The notes below the pieces were generated by a model. It did no database searches and had not been told where the DNA came from. It saw nothing but the letters and a program-made list of their open reading frames with translations. DNA of 64,000 nucleotides from Octopus sinensis (taxonomy: Eukaryota). Within the stretch, counting starts at the first letter, position 1, and each line of letters begins with the position of its first letter. Location: positions 14,694,001 through 14,758,000 of the forward strand of contig NC_043005.1 in NCBI RefSeq assembly GCF_006345805.1, in the 5' to 3' direction. The position numbers were made by a program, and so were the translations under genes. Positions 28,001 to 39,060 of this stretch are shown one piece after another.

Positions 28001-28637
28001 TCTGAAAATAAACAATCACATCATTGAAACCTCAAAGCTATAAGATAATGCATGATTAATTCAAAACAATTTGAGTGAAAAAGTATTACATTTAACAGAG
28101 TATTCTGAACACTAAAGGGTTAAACTTTGAGCTACCATATTTCTGTTGAAATGCACTGCCATTGTCTATTAATTTTGGAAGTTGTGAAGAATTCATTTAA
28201 ATAACTTTGTCATTATGAAGCAAATGTTTGGAACATGACATGAGATTTTGATGGCAGGTTTTACTTCAGATGAATTTAAAACAGAGAATGTCTATGATTC
28301 AACCAGGAGTGACGTTACTATGTGGTTTGGGATCAAAAAGATTAAACCAAGTGATAGATAAGGTCAACCACCCAAGAACAGGAACAGAAATGAACTCTAC
28401 AACAGGCTACCACAGAATCCCCAACTATCCAGTTCCACACTTTAGATTTTAGCTGACCTGAGACTGTTGTACAAGACCCTAATCCAGGGTACCATACAGT
28501 AGAAACTGACCTGAAAACAAACCTCTTCATTATACACAGCCATACATAATGATTGCAGAAATAAATAAATAAGAGAACTTACAAAAGAAATGAGGTAAAA
28601 CAAAGAATAAAATACTGCAATAGGAAAGAACCAGCAT
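7621..28637 (-). CDS. Six-exon gene, left paralog; 228-aa predicted secretory/ER-luminal protein with two beta-rich repeats and C-terminal QDEF
   Basis: Exons of 55+197+88+206+100+41 = 687 nt. All introns are GT-AG with phases 1,0,1,0,1. Translation: MLVLSYCSILFFVLPHFFYTQARKWNVEICYTEAHKSSVHLILNGDTYTNITCPNEDNCFTTEIDLVNDTRPHSIDIRPSTEFQIVIENKDLEEAYGVLCEAPCPGAKMTLSNWTHWTFEVQRNNAYGKYEFYIRLDPYVKQKVVFQPNSTTANKSFLLPTEMNTLSEIKLLTRGKFQLGTDIKVKNMDTSEIYSCIYLLDQLSQVPYHECKSINDVINNKEREQDEF*. No transcript evidence is available to me. Confidence 0.85.
7747..7846 (-). CDS. Left gene exon 5 (IKVKNMDTSEIYSCIYLLDQLSQVPYHECKSIN)
   Basis: tttaatttag| acceptor, g|gtaagt donor, 100 nt, phase 0 to 1. Confidence 0.88.
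9435..9640 (-). CDS. Left gene exon 4 (first part of repeat domain 2)
   Basis: ttactttctag| acceptor, gat|gtaagt donor, 206 nt, phase 1 to 0. Confidence 0.9.
9889..10413 (+). mobile_element. Internally deleted mariner/Tc1 relic (mirror 58342-58867 -)
   Basis: PPYSPDLA motif, RVAAKFV, C-terminal CIASNGEYFDG, degenerate TIRs (cccaaaagtaactggaa / ttctggtttcttttggg). Confidence 0.85.
11290..11730 (-). mobile_element. Penelope-like GIY-YIG endonuclease relic (mirror ~57050-57490 +)
   Basis: KCPL..LVYKCTV..YIGQT; FIWRLKE..YNINWSIV..RRCCLCFEES. Confidence 0.8.
11960..12230 (-). mobile_element. Old RTE-like LINE 3' relic (mirror ~56520-56830 +)
   Basis: Degenerate CAGYVTRFTDNRW..YPR..KRPFGGP. Confidence 0.6.
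14282..14369 (-). CDS. Left gene exon 3 (IVIENKDLEEAYGVLCEAPCPGAKMTLSN)
   Basis: cttctattgtag| acceptor, t|gtaaga donor. Phase 0 to 1 exactly bridges exons 2 and 4, and the N-terminal part resembles exon 5. Confidence 0.8.
14409..14630. repeat. Degenerate trinucleotide (GAT/GGT) tract (mirror ~54165-54360)
   Basis: Low-complexity tract, ~40 nt upstream of the exon 3 acceptor. Confidence 0.9.
15150..16150 (+). mobile_element. Penelope-like RT relic (mirror ~52400-53560 -, which retains an extra ~245 bp)
   Basis: FLDITLDL..LHQPFHKPSDNLKYISHNSNHPKCII; degenerate LYWDEA (YRDDG-type) motif. Confidence 0.7.
16270..17935 (+). mobile_element. RTE LINE RT and 3' end, degenerate; only the 5' part is mirrored at ~51690-52270 (-)
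   Basis: FCDLEKAFDRVP, LVRAVQTMYRDAVSKVRVG, FLYSDDLVLIAES, RIRLGRTKFRELL; (ATG)n tail. Confidence 0.88.
18190..18640 (-). mobile_element. Penelope-like GIY-YIG relic (left arm only)
   Basis: NTFKQHFSNHKSSFR..SHAWWLKD..NGTKHCKLC. Confidence 0.65.
18937..20521 (+). mobile_element. 3'-truncated Ty3/gypsy LTR retrotransposon (5' LTR ~18937-19126, PBS 19131-19141, degenerate gag and protease)
   Basis: TGTA...TACA LTR ends, TGGCGATGAGG PBS, Q-rich gag start, degenerate CCHC knuckle, MQLDT protease-like motif, multiple stops. Confidence 0.8.
20760..20956 (-). CDS. Left gene exon 2 (first part of repeat domain 1)
   Basis: ttatttgtcag| acceptor, cag|gtaaat donor, 197 nt open, phase 1 to 0. Confidence 0.88.
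22022..22420 (-). mobile_element. tRNA-derived SINE (family also at ~29020-29418 and ~35110-35510)
   Basis: Head caggagtggctgtgtggtaag...ggttcagtcccact, internal CA/TA microsatellite. I recognise it as an abundant Octopus-type SINE. Confidence 0.85.
22435..23281 (-). mobile_element. Non-autonomous Helitron (~847 bp) carrying a PIF1-type helicase fragment
   Basis: 3' hairpin plus CTAG before T. ORF has LAPRN, INDKML, SID, YPIEVLNS, GLPPH, KVGAPIMLIRNL, CNGTRL. The 5' TC is mutated. Confidence 0.92.
23281..23800. repeat. ~166-bp satellite, 3 units plus partial
   Basis: Unit starts at 23281, 23447, 23613 and 23778. Confidence 0.92.
24161..24346. repeat. Zero-spacer palindrome, 93-bp arms, 1 mismatch, centre 24253/24254
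   Basis: Arms compared base by base; imperfect symmetry continues outward to ~24010 and ~24470. Confidence 0.95.
25270..25949. repeat. ~166-bp satellite, 4 units, inverted relative to 23281-23800
   Basis: Repeating aaagttttttaggacgaaaataagatctaaag... Confidence 0.92.
25950..26795 (+). mobile_element. Non-autonomous Helitron (846 bp) carrying a PIF1-type helicase fragment
   Basis: a|TC at 25950, cccgagcaacgccggg hairpin, CTAG|t at 26792-26795. Near-identical to the copy at 22435-23281. Confidence 0.93.
27013..27408 (+). mobile_element. Short non-autonomous Helitron (396 bp)
   Basis: a|TCTTTATATATAAAAG ... hairpin ... CTAG|t. Confidence 0.9.
28583..28637 (-). CDS. Left gene exon 1 (signal peptide)
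   Basis: gccATG context, MLVLSYCSILFFVLPHFF+T, donor T|gtaagt (phase 1). Confidence 0.8.
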
Positions 28638-29516
28638 GGCAGTAGATGGAACGAATTGGATATTCTTGACAAATGGTAACTTTCCTTATATTCTTGAAAT
28701 CTTTTGTAAACAGTGTTGATTAGAATTTCTAAATGTTTGTAGACAGGAGTATTATTAATTTCTTTATTTTCTTCTGTTTAACTGTATTTACAAACTGTAA
28801 AGAAAAAGGATAAAATTCTTGGGACTTCAAATTCTTAGGTTTTTTGGATTTTCTTTTTTAATAAATCAACAAAACTGAAAGTCTGACAGAGATCTGGGGA
28901 TATATTTTTTAATGTTTGGACAATATTATTGCATCTTAGCTTTTATAATACATCGTCTGGCAGTTATGACAAAGATTTTTTATAAATGGACAATAGATAG
29001 AAACATACATATACATATACTCTCTCTTTTACTCTTTTACTAGTTTCAGTCATTTGACTGTGGCCATGCTGGAGCACCGCCTTTAGTCGAGCAAATCAAC
29101 CCCGGGACTTATTCTTTGTAAGCCTAGTACTTATTATATCGGTCTCTTTTGCCGAACCGCTAAGTGACGGGGACGTAAACACACCAGCATCGGTTGTCAA
29201 GCAATGCTAGGGGGACAAACACACACACACACACATACATATATATACATGTATACGACAGGCTTCTTTCAGTTTCCGTCTACCAAATCCACTCACTAGG
29301 CATTGGTCTGCCCGGGGCTATAGCAGAAGACACTTGCCCAAGATGCTACGCAGTGGGACTGAACCCGGAACCATGTGGCTGGTTAGCAAGCTACTTACCA
29401 CACAGCCACTCCTGCACCTATATATAGAATATCAAGAAAGTCAGGAGATATGAGATGGAGATATTTATGTCACCAGTTGATATCCATAGGATGGCAATCA
29501 TTTCACAAACAAGCAT

Positions 29517-30604
29517 ATAGTTTCCATCCGGATATTGTACGATGGGTTGGTGCCTTCCTCTCAGATCGCTCCTTCCAAGTCCAAGTAAATGGTTCGCGGT
29601 CCGACGTATCCAGTGTGAGCAGTGGCGTGCCTCAAGGTTCAGTGCTTGGGCCCTTATTGTTCTTAGTCTTCATAAATGACTTGCCCGACGACCTCACGCA
29701 ACACACCCTTCTATTTGCCGACGATGTCAAACTGGTCACTCCTCGCGGTGATATAGAGGATCTTCGTCGATGTCTCCACCAAATTTGGAGGTGGTCTAAC
29801 GAATGGGACCTGTGTCTGAACGTGTCAAAGTGCTGTCATCTGCCTGTTGGCTCTCCTCCTGCAACTCAACTTGATTTCGAGCCAGGTCGTCTGCTGCTGG
29901 AGAGGACCGATCAGGTAAAGGACCTGGGTATCTTGGTGGATTCCTCCTTTTCGCCTTCGGCCCAGTGCGTCCATGCTGCCAACAAAGCACGTGGAATTCT
30001 GTTCTTGATTCGACGGTCATTCGAAATGCTCACAGCAGCCATATTCCTACCACTCTATGTCACGCTGGTGAGACCCATATTGGAATACAGGATTCAAGCC
30101 TCTTCTCCTTATCTCCTCAAAGACATACAGCATCTCGAAAGAGTCCAGAAGCTGGCTACCAGCATGGTTCATGGTCTCAAAATTTGTCCTATGAAGAAAG
30201 GCTGAGGACGCTCGACCTTTATTCTCTAGAAAAACGCCGCCGCCGTGGTGATCTCATTCTCGCCCACAGCATCATAAGCGGAAAGTGTAACCTCTTGAAA
30301 GAGCTGTTCTTCACTCCTGCTCCAGAGCGTCGGCTGCGGGGTCATTCCGAAAAGTTCTACCTGCAACGATTTCATCTCAATCGAAGGAGAGGAGCTTTCT
30401 CCGTCCGGGTTGCGGATCCGTGGAACAAGCTGCCAGACGAGATGGTGAAGATGCCGACGACCGCTTTGTTCAAAGCCTCCCTTGACCTCAAGTGGCCTGA
30501 ACTCTTTACATGAACACCACCCTGTACTTAACTCCATGTCCCCCTACATGGCCTTACTATTTGCTTTTGAGCCAAATTAACTAACTAACTAACTAACTAA
30601 CTAA
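29517..30604 (+). mobile_element. 5'-truncated CR1/L2-like LINE, nearly intact RT C-terminal half, (TAAC)n tail; left-arm specific
   Basis: SGVPQGSVLGPLLF, LFADDVKL, KDLGILVD, ERVQKLAT; one frameshift at ~30180. Empty site at ~44400 in the right arm. Confidence 0.92.
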
Positions 30605-32129
30605 CATGAGGAAATGATTTACTTTAATGTATAATAAAACATTTTACGTGTCTGCACTTTTGTGCATGTTATAAATTACATAGTACTATTGTACATTTGA
30701 CAAACAAATGCAGGTATAGAAGGCTTGCTCATCAGATCAGCAGCATGCCATGGTTACATCCATTTTTCAACTCCAATATACACCTGTCACAGCTCCCAAC
30801 TACTCTTTGCATACTCTGCCTGGTATAATATGTCACCCAGGACAGGACAGGCTGAGGAGTCAGTGCCACACAGGGCAATATTCAAGTATGAGTGGAGACA
30901 TCCATGTACTGCATCGCCGCATCTCCCATAAGAGAAAGAGCATGCCTTTGTGCAGGTTGGGGAAGAAGTCAACCCCCAAATGCACAGTGCACATCATAGT
31001 GGGAAAAGGGGACAATAACCTCTGTGAATTCGAGGAAAAATGTGTCTGTTGATGGCATGCCACGACATGTTTTGGATGTGTGCAGGTAGATGGGGGCCAA
31101 CAATAATGGACAAGAGGACAAAGCCAGCAGCAACATGCCAGGAACTGAGGCCAGTCCCGAAGTCCCTTGGCGATCACAGAGGGACCGGTGCCCTCCTCAC
31201 TGGTTGGCTGATTATGAGACAAGTTAAGGCATGTGGTAAGGGTTGAGGAGAGGACATGGGCAGGTTGGTTGAATGATCTTCCTGAGTGCTATAAGCATCA
31301 CCATCAATTCATAGTCAGAGGCCTGGCTGTGCAGTAAAGAAGTTTGTTTCCCAACCACTTGGTTTTGAGTTCAGTCCCACTGTGTGGCACCTTGGATAAG
31401 TGTCATCTACTTTAGCCTTGAGATGACCAATGTCACCTTGTCAACAAAGGAAACTGCATGAGTGTATGTGTGTGTCTGTGTGCGCATATTAACTTCTCTT
31501 CACCATCCACTTTCACTTGCTTGCATCATGGCTCAGAGAGAATCTACTGGGGCAGATTCTGTATGACTGGATGCCTTTCTTGTAGCCAAACAAAGCCTTG
31601 TTAAAGGATTTGGTGCAGAGAAACTGAAGGAAGCCTTGAGTACACATACACGCATATAACAGACATACATATTGCATAGTGGGGTAATAACTCGCTGACA
31701 TTTTTGGGCCGTTGTTAATCACGTGTGTGATGTCTTTCAAAGAAATATGGCATAATCTACATTTACAGTTGTATCTTGGAACTCCAATGGCTTCACTGTC
31801 TCTTTTGTTAATTAGATATTTAATTGGCAGTTTCCTGTTCAGTGCATGAAGTTAAGCCTAGAAGGTCTCTCCACAGGCTAGAAATAACAGCCAAATCAAT
31901 GGCAATCACAGTTGTAAAAAAAAAAAGACAAAAAGCTTTTTTATTTTCCAAAATTCCAATTTTGAAGAAAACAAAATATATTCAATGGAAATTAAATAAG
32001 TAGAATGGAATAACAGGACACGAGAGTCTTTACTACTCGATGTACATATTGTCTGAAGTGTGTGTTCTTGATAATCGTTGAGAACAAGTAGTTTTACACC
32101 AATTACACTATTTTTTCTTAGTTTAAAGG

Positions 32130-32500
32130 CCGTGGACTGAAGATGTGAAATTTCCGAAGCCTCTCCCCAACCCACCTTTCGCGAGCGCGCATTTTTTTCA
32201 TCATAGTCGTTTAGAGCAAGTTGTTTTACACCTATTACGCTATTTTTGTTTTTGTTTTTGTGCCCGGGTCAGACGCTTTCGGAAATTCCCGATGTAAATT
32301 TTCCGAGGCCTCTCCCCCACCCCCTTTCGCGTGCGCGTTTTTTTTCATATTCGTTCAGAAAGTTGTTTTACATATTACACTATTAGCAGACGCTTTCGGA
32401 ACTTCCCGATGTTTTTCCGAGGCCTCTTCCCCTTTCGCGTGCGCGCATTTTTTTTTCATATTCGTTCAGAGGAAGTTGTTTTACACCTATTACACACATT
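32130..32500 (+). repeat. Three degenerate ~115-150 bp direct repeats
   Basis: Recurring ccgaggcctct...ctttcgcgtgcgcg...gttgttttacac. Confidence 0.6.
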
Positions 32501-32812
32501 TTTTTTTTGTTTCTTTGAATGGTGTAACGCTTTAGTTTAACCGCGCTGAGAGACGAAAACCTAAGACTTTAAATTTAAATTTTAAAATGCTGATTTTTCT
32601 GCAACTAAAAATTCTTCAAGGCGGTGCCCCAGCACAGCCGCAGTCTAATGACTGAAACAAGTAAAAGGTGAAAAAAAAAGTCGAAAAATAAAACCGTGGG
32701 GCTTTTGTCCTCGTTTTGGCGACAGTTACCCTTATTTATTATATTTATTCTTAACAGCTTCACCTTCACTATGAGAATAGCTGCTCACTGACCAAAATCT
32801 AAGCGAAATGCT

Positions 32813-33191
32813 TGTTGGAAGCACTCCGTCGGTTACGACGATGAGGGTTCCGGTTGATCCGAATCAACGGAACAGCCTGCTCGTGAAATTAACGTGTAAG
32901 TGGCTGAGCACTCCACAGACACGTGCACCCTTAACGTAGTTCTCGGGGATATTCAGAGAGTGACAAGGCCGGCCCCTTGAAATACAGGTACAACAGAAAC
33001 AGGAAGTAAGAGTGAGAGAAAGTTATAGTGAAAAAGTACAGCAGGGATCACCACCATCCCCTGCCGGAGCCTCGTGGAGCTTTAGGTGTTTTCGCTCAAT
33101 AAACACTCACAACGCCCAGTCTGGGAATCGAAACCGCGATCCTATGACCGCGAGTCCGATGCCCTAACCACTGGGCCATTGCGCCTCCACA
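32813..33191 (-). mobile_element. tRNA-derived SINE, 12-bp TSD (aagcgaaatgct)
   Basis: tRNA-like head with A and B boxes. TSD at 32801-32812 and 33192-33203. Confidence 0.85.
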
Positions 33192-34636
33192 AAGCGAAAT
33201 GCTAAACTCAAGGGGAATAACTACAAATGTATCCAGGTTAAAAAAAAAAGTCAATTTCTTTATTCACTATATAAGGTTAAGAAAGAGGGAACGATACGAG
33301 GGGTCAGGGGATCGAATAGGACGAAGCGTATGAATAAACTATTCTAAATATATACAATTAAATGAGAATGAATGATTAACAAAGAAATGAAGCGGAGGAC
33401 GCGGTCGACCCCGCAAACCACATTCTCACACTGAAGAATTTGTTTTTTTCCTTTATTTGTACCCGCTTAATCAGGTTCTTTCACTCGCAACATACTTGCT
33501 ACTGACTTCCATCTTTTCCGAAACACGCTTTGCGACGGGCATTTTTTCTCCAACCTTATTTTTCGTTTCAAGTGGAAAACGAAACTGTTAATTAAGTCGA
33601 GGCTGGAGAGAAATATGCCTGTTGCAATTCCTTTCACTCACGTCTTCTTCCATACTACCTCTTTCGCAACAGCAACTATCGAGAGAAAACAAGCTCGCTC
33701 CTCCCTATTCAGGGAGGTCGGCAGAACGATCTTAATTACAGATTCGCTCGACAGTTGTACTCTTCTGGAATGCGACAGCAGGTGTTCGACATAAGCCCAG
33801 AGTTCAGTCACCTTTCTAACATTGCCAGGACAAAGACTTCTCGTAATTACCCATAGGCCCCGGCCCGAATGTTCTTCAGAATAGTTGATCTTCGTCGAAG
33901 CCTAGGGTTTCTCCCAGGAAACTTGAATTCTACTAACCCTCTATAGAAAGACAAGGTAGTACAACCGCCAACGCCGTTGCCCGACTGGGAGAAAAGAATA
34001 TGCACACCACCCGTTTTCGGCGTAACAAAACCCCTAACCCTAAAACTAGCTCTAAACACCGGGTGTGCGTATTCTTTACCTTCACCAAATTTTCAAAAAA
34101 AGTTTTTGTTTCGTGAAAAGATGCACTTCATGTAAATATTTTTCGAAGGCTTTGGTGAAATGAAAAATGAGTAGTTTCAATTTATTTGGTCTTCCTGATC
34201 CAAAACTTCGTTTTTTCGAAACTCCTCTCCCTACTACCGCGGGAGAAAAAAACATTTCCCCACAAATTCCTTTATGCTGTTTGAAAGGTATTTGTATAAA
34301 ATTTCATTCAAAGATATCCATTTTCCTGAAGGTTATGAGGGTAAAAATTCGGATCGTGTGTATTTTCCGAAACACCTCTCCTCAACCCCCCCCCCGGAAA
34401 AATCTTTCCCATAAATCCCTATATACTCCGAAAGTTCCGAAGTAATAAAATAGGTGGGGGTGCATACATACGTGGATGGATGGATTTATTTATTTCTTAC
34501 GGCGATGTACTTGGTTAGCAAGTTACTTGACCTGAGATCGATCTGTGTGCAGGAACAGAAGCAATTGCAACTTGGAAGATGTCTGTAAGCCGTTTAAGAA
34601 CACACAAAAACCGTTAGATTCACTTCAACATTTAAA

Positions 34637-34741
<105 letters not shown>

Positions 34742-35585
34742 TTACACTGTCGAAGGTGCAATGTCTTACATACACACATGCAAATATAAACCTACCTATA
34801 CACATGTACAAGCACACGCAATCATATAAACGCGTATACACACGCATATAGGTATAATCTTATATACATACGTCTTTTTTCACATACAACGTTTAAACAC
34901 ATATACACACATACATACGTACGTACATGCGTATGTGCATGCATATATATCATGAATTAACTGTTACTTTCTCAGTTGCGGCTTCAAGTTCAATCAGTGA
35001 ACAGGTCGCAGTTTCAAAGCGAAGAAAATATGTTGACACCAATTCAATTTAAATGTTGAAGTGAAACTAACGGGGTTTTTTTGTGTTCTTAAATGGCTTA
35101 CAAACATATACTCTTTTACTCTTTTACTTGTTTCAGTCCTTTGACTGCGGCCATGCTGGAGCACCGCCTTTAATCGAGCAACTCAACCCCGGGACTTATT
35201 CTTTTGTAAGCCCAGTACTTATTCTATCGGTCTCTTTTGCCGAACCACTAAGTAACGGGGACGTAAACACACCAGCATCGGTTGTCAAGCAATGCTAGGG
35301 GGACAAACACAGACACACAAACATACACGCACACACATATATATATATACATATATACGACAGGCTTCTTTCAGTTTCCGTCTACCAAATCCACTCACAA
35401 GGCATTGGTCGGCCCGGGGCAATAGCAGAAGACACTTGCCCAAGGTGCCACGCAGTGGGACTGAACCCGGAACCATGTGGTTGGTTAGCAAGCTACTTAC
35501 CACACATCCACATATATATATATTGGTAAAACGGTAAGATAACAAAAGAAAGAAAGAGACCTCAATATTATGTAATGTAACATAT

Positions 35586-35729
<144 letters not shown>

Positions 35730-35734
35730 ATGTG

Positions 35735-36740
35735 TGTGCAAGCCATTTAAGAACACACAAAAACCGTTAGTTTCACTTCATTATTTAAATTGTACCTTTT
35801 ACTGAACAGACGTGTTTTTCTGTTGCTCCCGTTTAATTGTAGGTTTTCTTTTGGGGATTACCGTTGGGGTTTTTTTTTTTTAACTATTTTACAACTTTTG
35901 CTGTTTTCTATGTCTTTTGACGTCTCCCAATATGTAATTCCAGACTTGTTGGAGGAATTGTGCAAACAAACGTTACCCTCCCATTTTGCCAAACGAAGGA
36001 AGAGAAAAACATACCAGAAAATGACAAAACCGATCTCCGAATTGAAACGCAAAATGGTAAATGGGAAAATGAACTTAGGCGTCCGTGGCCGACGTCACTA
36101 GAGAAACAGTGCAAGTCAGCCAACGCTTTTATCATTTTCTGGTATGTTTTTCTCTGCCTTCGTTTGGCAAAATCGGAGGGTAACATTTGGATTAATATAT
36201 AGATCCGCGCCCAGGTGGGAAAAATGGAAAAGAATATGTGTAACAGGTGTAAGGCATCGTGTATTGAAGGAATATGACGAAAAAAAATCGCGCTGACAAA
36301 GGGGAAGGGGCTCGGAAAATTCCCACGATCAACCGTACTAGATCCACGCCCGGGTTGGAAAAATGGAAAAGAATATGTGTAACACATATGTTTGCACAAT
36401 TCCTCCAACAAGTCTGGAATTACATATTGGGAGACGTCAACTTCCCTGTTGTACTGATGGCGTAAAAAATTTTGTACAGGGAGAATTCGCATAAAAAACG
36501 AAATTGCTTAAGCAGGCAATGTGGCCAAAAGACATAGAAAACAGCAAAAGTTGTATAATAGTTAAAAAAAAAACCCAACGGTAATCCCCAAAGTGAAAAC
36601 CTACAATTAAACGGGAGCAACAGAAAAACACGTCTGTTCAGTAAAAGGTACAGGCGACGAGAATATTTTGACACAAATTCAATTTAAATAATGAAGTGAA
36701 ACTAACGGTTTTTGTGTGTTCTTAAATGGCTTACACATAC
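35735..36740. mobile_element. Foldback / MITE-like element with long nested inverted repeats
   Basis: IR pairs 35735-35790/36680-36740, 35790-35920/36520-36655, a perfect 50 bp pair at ~35920-35970/36388-36438, and ~35985-36030/36126-36170. Confidence 0.7.
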
Positions 36741-36749
36741 ATTATATCT

Positions 36750-37146
36750 TCTTTATATATAAAAGAGAAGTTGTGTGTCTGTCTCCTACGATTTAGATTC
36801 CTAACTCCTCCCACATTTTGCAGTGCAGTGTAACCAAAAGCGGGTATCTTATAGTCGTGATTCATATCGAGCCCTTCTGGGTATTAGCGTGCATCTACGA
36901 TGAGTCTACGATTTAAAAAAAAAATTACCATAATTTTTTTCCATTTTAATGCATTTTTTCGCTATTATATAAGGGAAGTAACTCTCTAAAAATGTCTACG
37001 ATGAGTCAACGATTTAAAAAAAAATTTACCATCATTTTTTTCCATTTTTAATGCATATTTTTGCTATATTTTGGCTATAACTCTCTAAAAATGCTTATAT
37101 AGTTATTTCCCTTACAAACCCGAGCAACGCCGGGCGATACTGCTAG
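36750..37146 (+). mobile_element. Short non-autonomous Helitron
   Basis: TC start, hairpin, CTAG|t. Confidence 0.9.
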
Positions 37147-37352
37147 TTATATATATATATATATGTGTGTGTAAACAATTGCAGCGTGGAAGATGTTTGT
37201 AAGCCATTTAAGGACACAAAAAAACCCCGTTAGTTTCACTTCAACATTTAAATTGAATTGGTGTCAACATATTTTCTTCGCTTTGAAACTGCGACCTGTT
37301 CACTGATTGAACTTGAAGCTGCAACTCAGAAAGTAACAGTAATATATGCATA

Positions 37353-38127
37353 CTAGCAGTATCGCCCGGCGTTGCTCGGGTTTGTAAGGGAAATAACTAT
37401 ATAAGCATTTTTAGAGATGTAAAGTATAATAGCCATCTCAATGTGGCTAACCACAAAGGGGGGGGGGTGTTACTGTAGCTTTTTACGTTCTGAGATTTAA
37501 TAAATTTTTAGAGAGTTACTTCCCTTATATATGCCAAAAATGCATTAAAAATGGGAAAATTGATGGTAATTTTTTTTTTTATCGTAGACTCATCGTAGAC
37601 GCGCGCTAATACCCAGAAGGGCTCGATATGAATCACGACTATAAGATACCCGCTTTTGGTTAAACTGAACCGCAAAATGTGGGAGTAGTTAGGAATCTAA
37701 ATCGTAGGAGACAGACACACAACTTCACTTTTATATATAACTAGCAGTATCGCCCGGCGTTGCTCGGGTTTGTAAGGGAAATAGCTATATAAGCATTTTT
37801 AGAGAGTTATAGCAAAAAAATGCATTAAAAATGGAATAAAAAATGATGGTAATTTTTTTTTTAAATCGTTGACTCATCGTAGACATTTTTAGAGAGTTAC
37901 TTCCCTTATATAATAGCGAAAAAATGCATTGAAATGGAAAAAATTATGGTTTTTATTTTTAAAATCGTAGACTCATCGTAGACGCGCGCTAATACCCAGA
38001 AGGGCTCGATATGAATCACGACTATAAGATACCCGGTTTTTGGTTAAACTGCACCGCAAAATGTGGGAGTAGTTAGGAATCTAAATCGTAGGAGACAGAC
38101 ACACAACTTCACTTTTATATATAAAGA
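37353..38127 (-). mobile_element. Two short Helitrons in head-to-tail tandem (37353-37740, 37741-38127)
   Basis: CTAG at 37353 and 37741; TC 5' end at 38127/38126. Confidence 0.88.
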
Positions 38128-38454
38128 TTTGTGCAACAACTAAAACATTCGGTTGTGCAAATTGTTTGCACAGGAAACCTGCCCTGTGTGGCGGTTTTTG
38201 CCGTTTTTGTGGATCTGTTTCAGCTTTTTTAGCGATTTCTGTTTTGGCGACTTCAAGCCATGAAGTCGTTGTTCTAAAAGAACGCTGGTCTCCTTGACAA
38301 AGCTTTACGACGTTGATTTCCCTACCCTGCCTTCCCCACAGCTTCACGAGGGAGGGAAGAAGGGGGAGAGCTACACAGGTGCAGGTGCGAGCATGAACGC
38401 CACCGCCGCCACCGACACACGAAAAAATTGGAAGAACCCAGACGACAGCTTCAG

Positions 38455-38720
38455 CCACCACCACCACCACCACCACCACCACCACCAACACCATCACCAC
38501 TACCACCATGACCACCACCACCACTACGCCCATGACCATCACCACCATCATCACGAAGACCACCACGACCACCACCATCATCACCACCCCCACCACCAAC
38601 AACAACAACACCACCACCACCACAAACACGACGACCACCACGACCACGACCATATCACCACTACCAGCACCACCGCCACCACCGCTGCCACTACCACCGC
38701 CTCCACCACCACCATACTAT
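38455..38720. repeat. (CAC)n-rich trinucleotide tract, flanked by ~230-bp direct repeats (~38129-38365 and ~38830-39060)
   Basis: Low complexity; explains the poly-His/Val/Thr ORFs. Confidence 0.85.
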
Positions 38721-39060
38721 GCCTCTGCTCTCTCCTTTTGGCTACTAAATCCATTACCATATTTCACAAGTACCATCGCCATACAATATTGCCTTAAAAA
38801 GTTTGTTTGGATAATATTTTTTAAGTAAAAGTTGTGCAACAACTATAACATTCGGTTGTGCAAATTATTTGCACGGGAAACCTTCCCTGTGTGGCGTGTT
38901 TCCCGATTTTGTAGAATTTGCTTTCGGGCTTTCTTAGCCATTTCTGTTTTGGTGTCTTCAAGCCATGAAGTCGTTGTTCTAAAAGAACGCTGGTCTCCTT
39001 GACAACGCTTTACGACGTTGATTTCCTTACACTCCCTTCCCCACAGCTTCACGAGGGAGG

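Larger units (their letters stand above)
423..31840. repeat. Left arm of giant inverted duplication (homologous blocks ~423-1090, ~6120-19051, 20522-21263, 27793-31840)
   Basis: The reverse complement of the window end (64000) matches from base 423 onward. Many mirrored ORF pairs occur in the track, e.g. 11466-11708(-)/57074-57316(+) and 31513-31740(-)/43267-43494(+). Homology stops at ...cagtttcctgttc (31840). Confidence 0.97.

Noticed and set aside
28270-28365. Possible antisense terminal exon (DEFKTENVYDSTRS...SDR*) with its mirror at ~45155-45250
   Set aside because: It lies in intron 1 on the opposite strand, no upstream exons were found, and its divergence is close to the local background.
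33115-33191. tRNA-like sequences (also ~42420-42498)
   Set aside because: They are SINE heads with bodies and target-site duplications.
38081-38828. Long poly-His, poly-Val and poly-Thr ORFs (also at 14370-14689 and 53948-54396)
   Set aside because: They are translations of trinucleotide microsatellites and are open in several frames on both strands.
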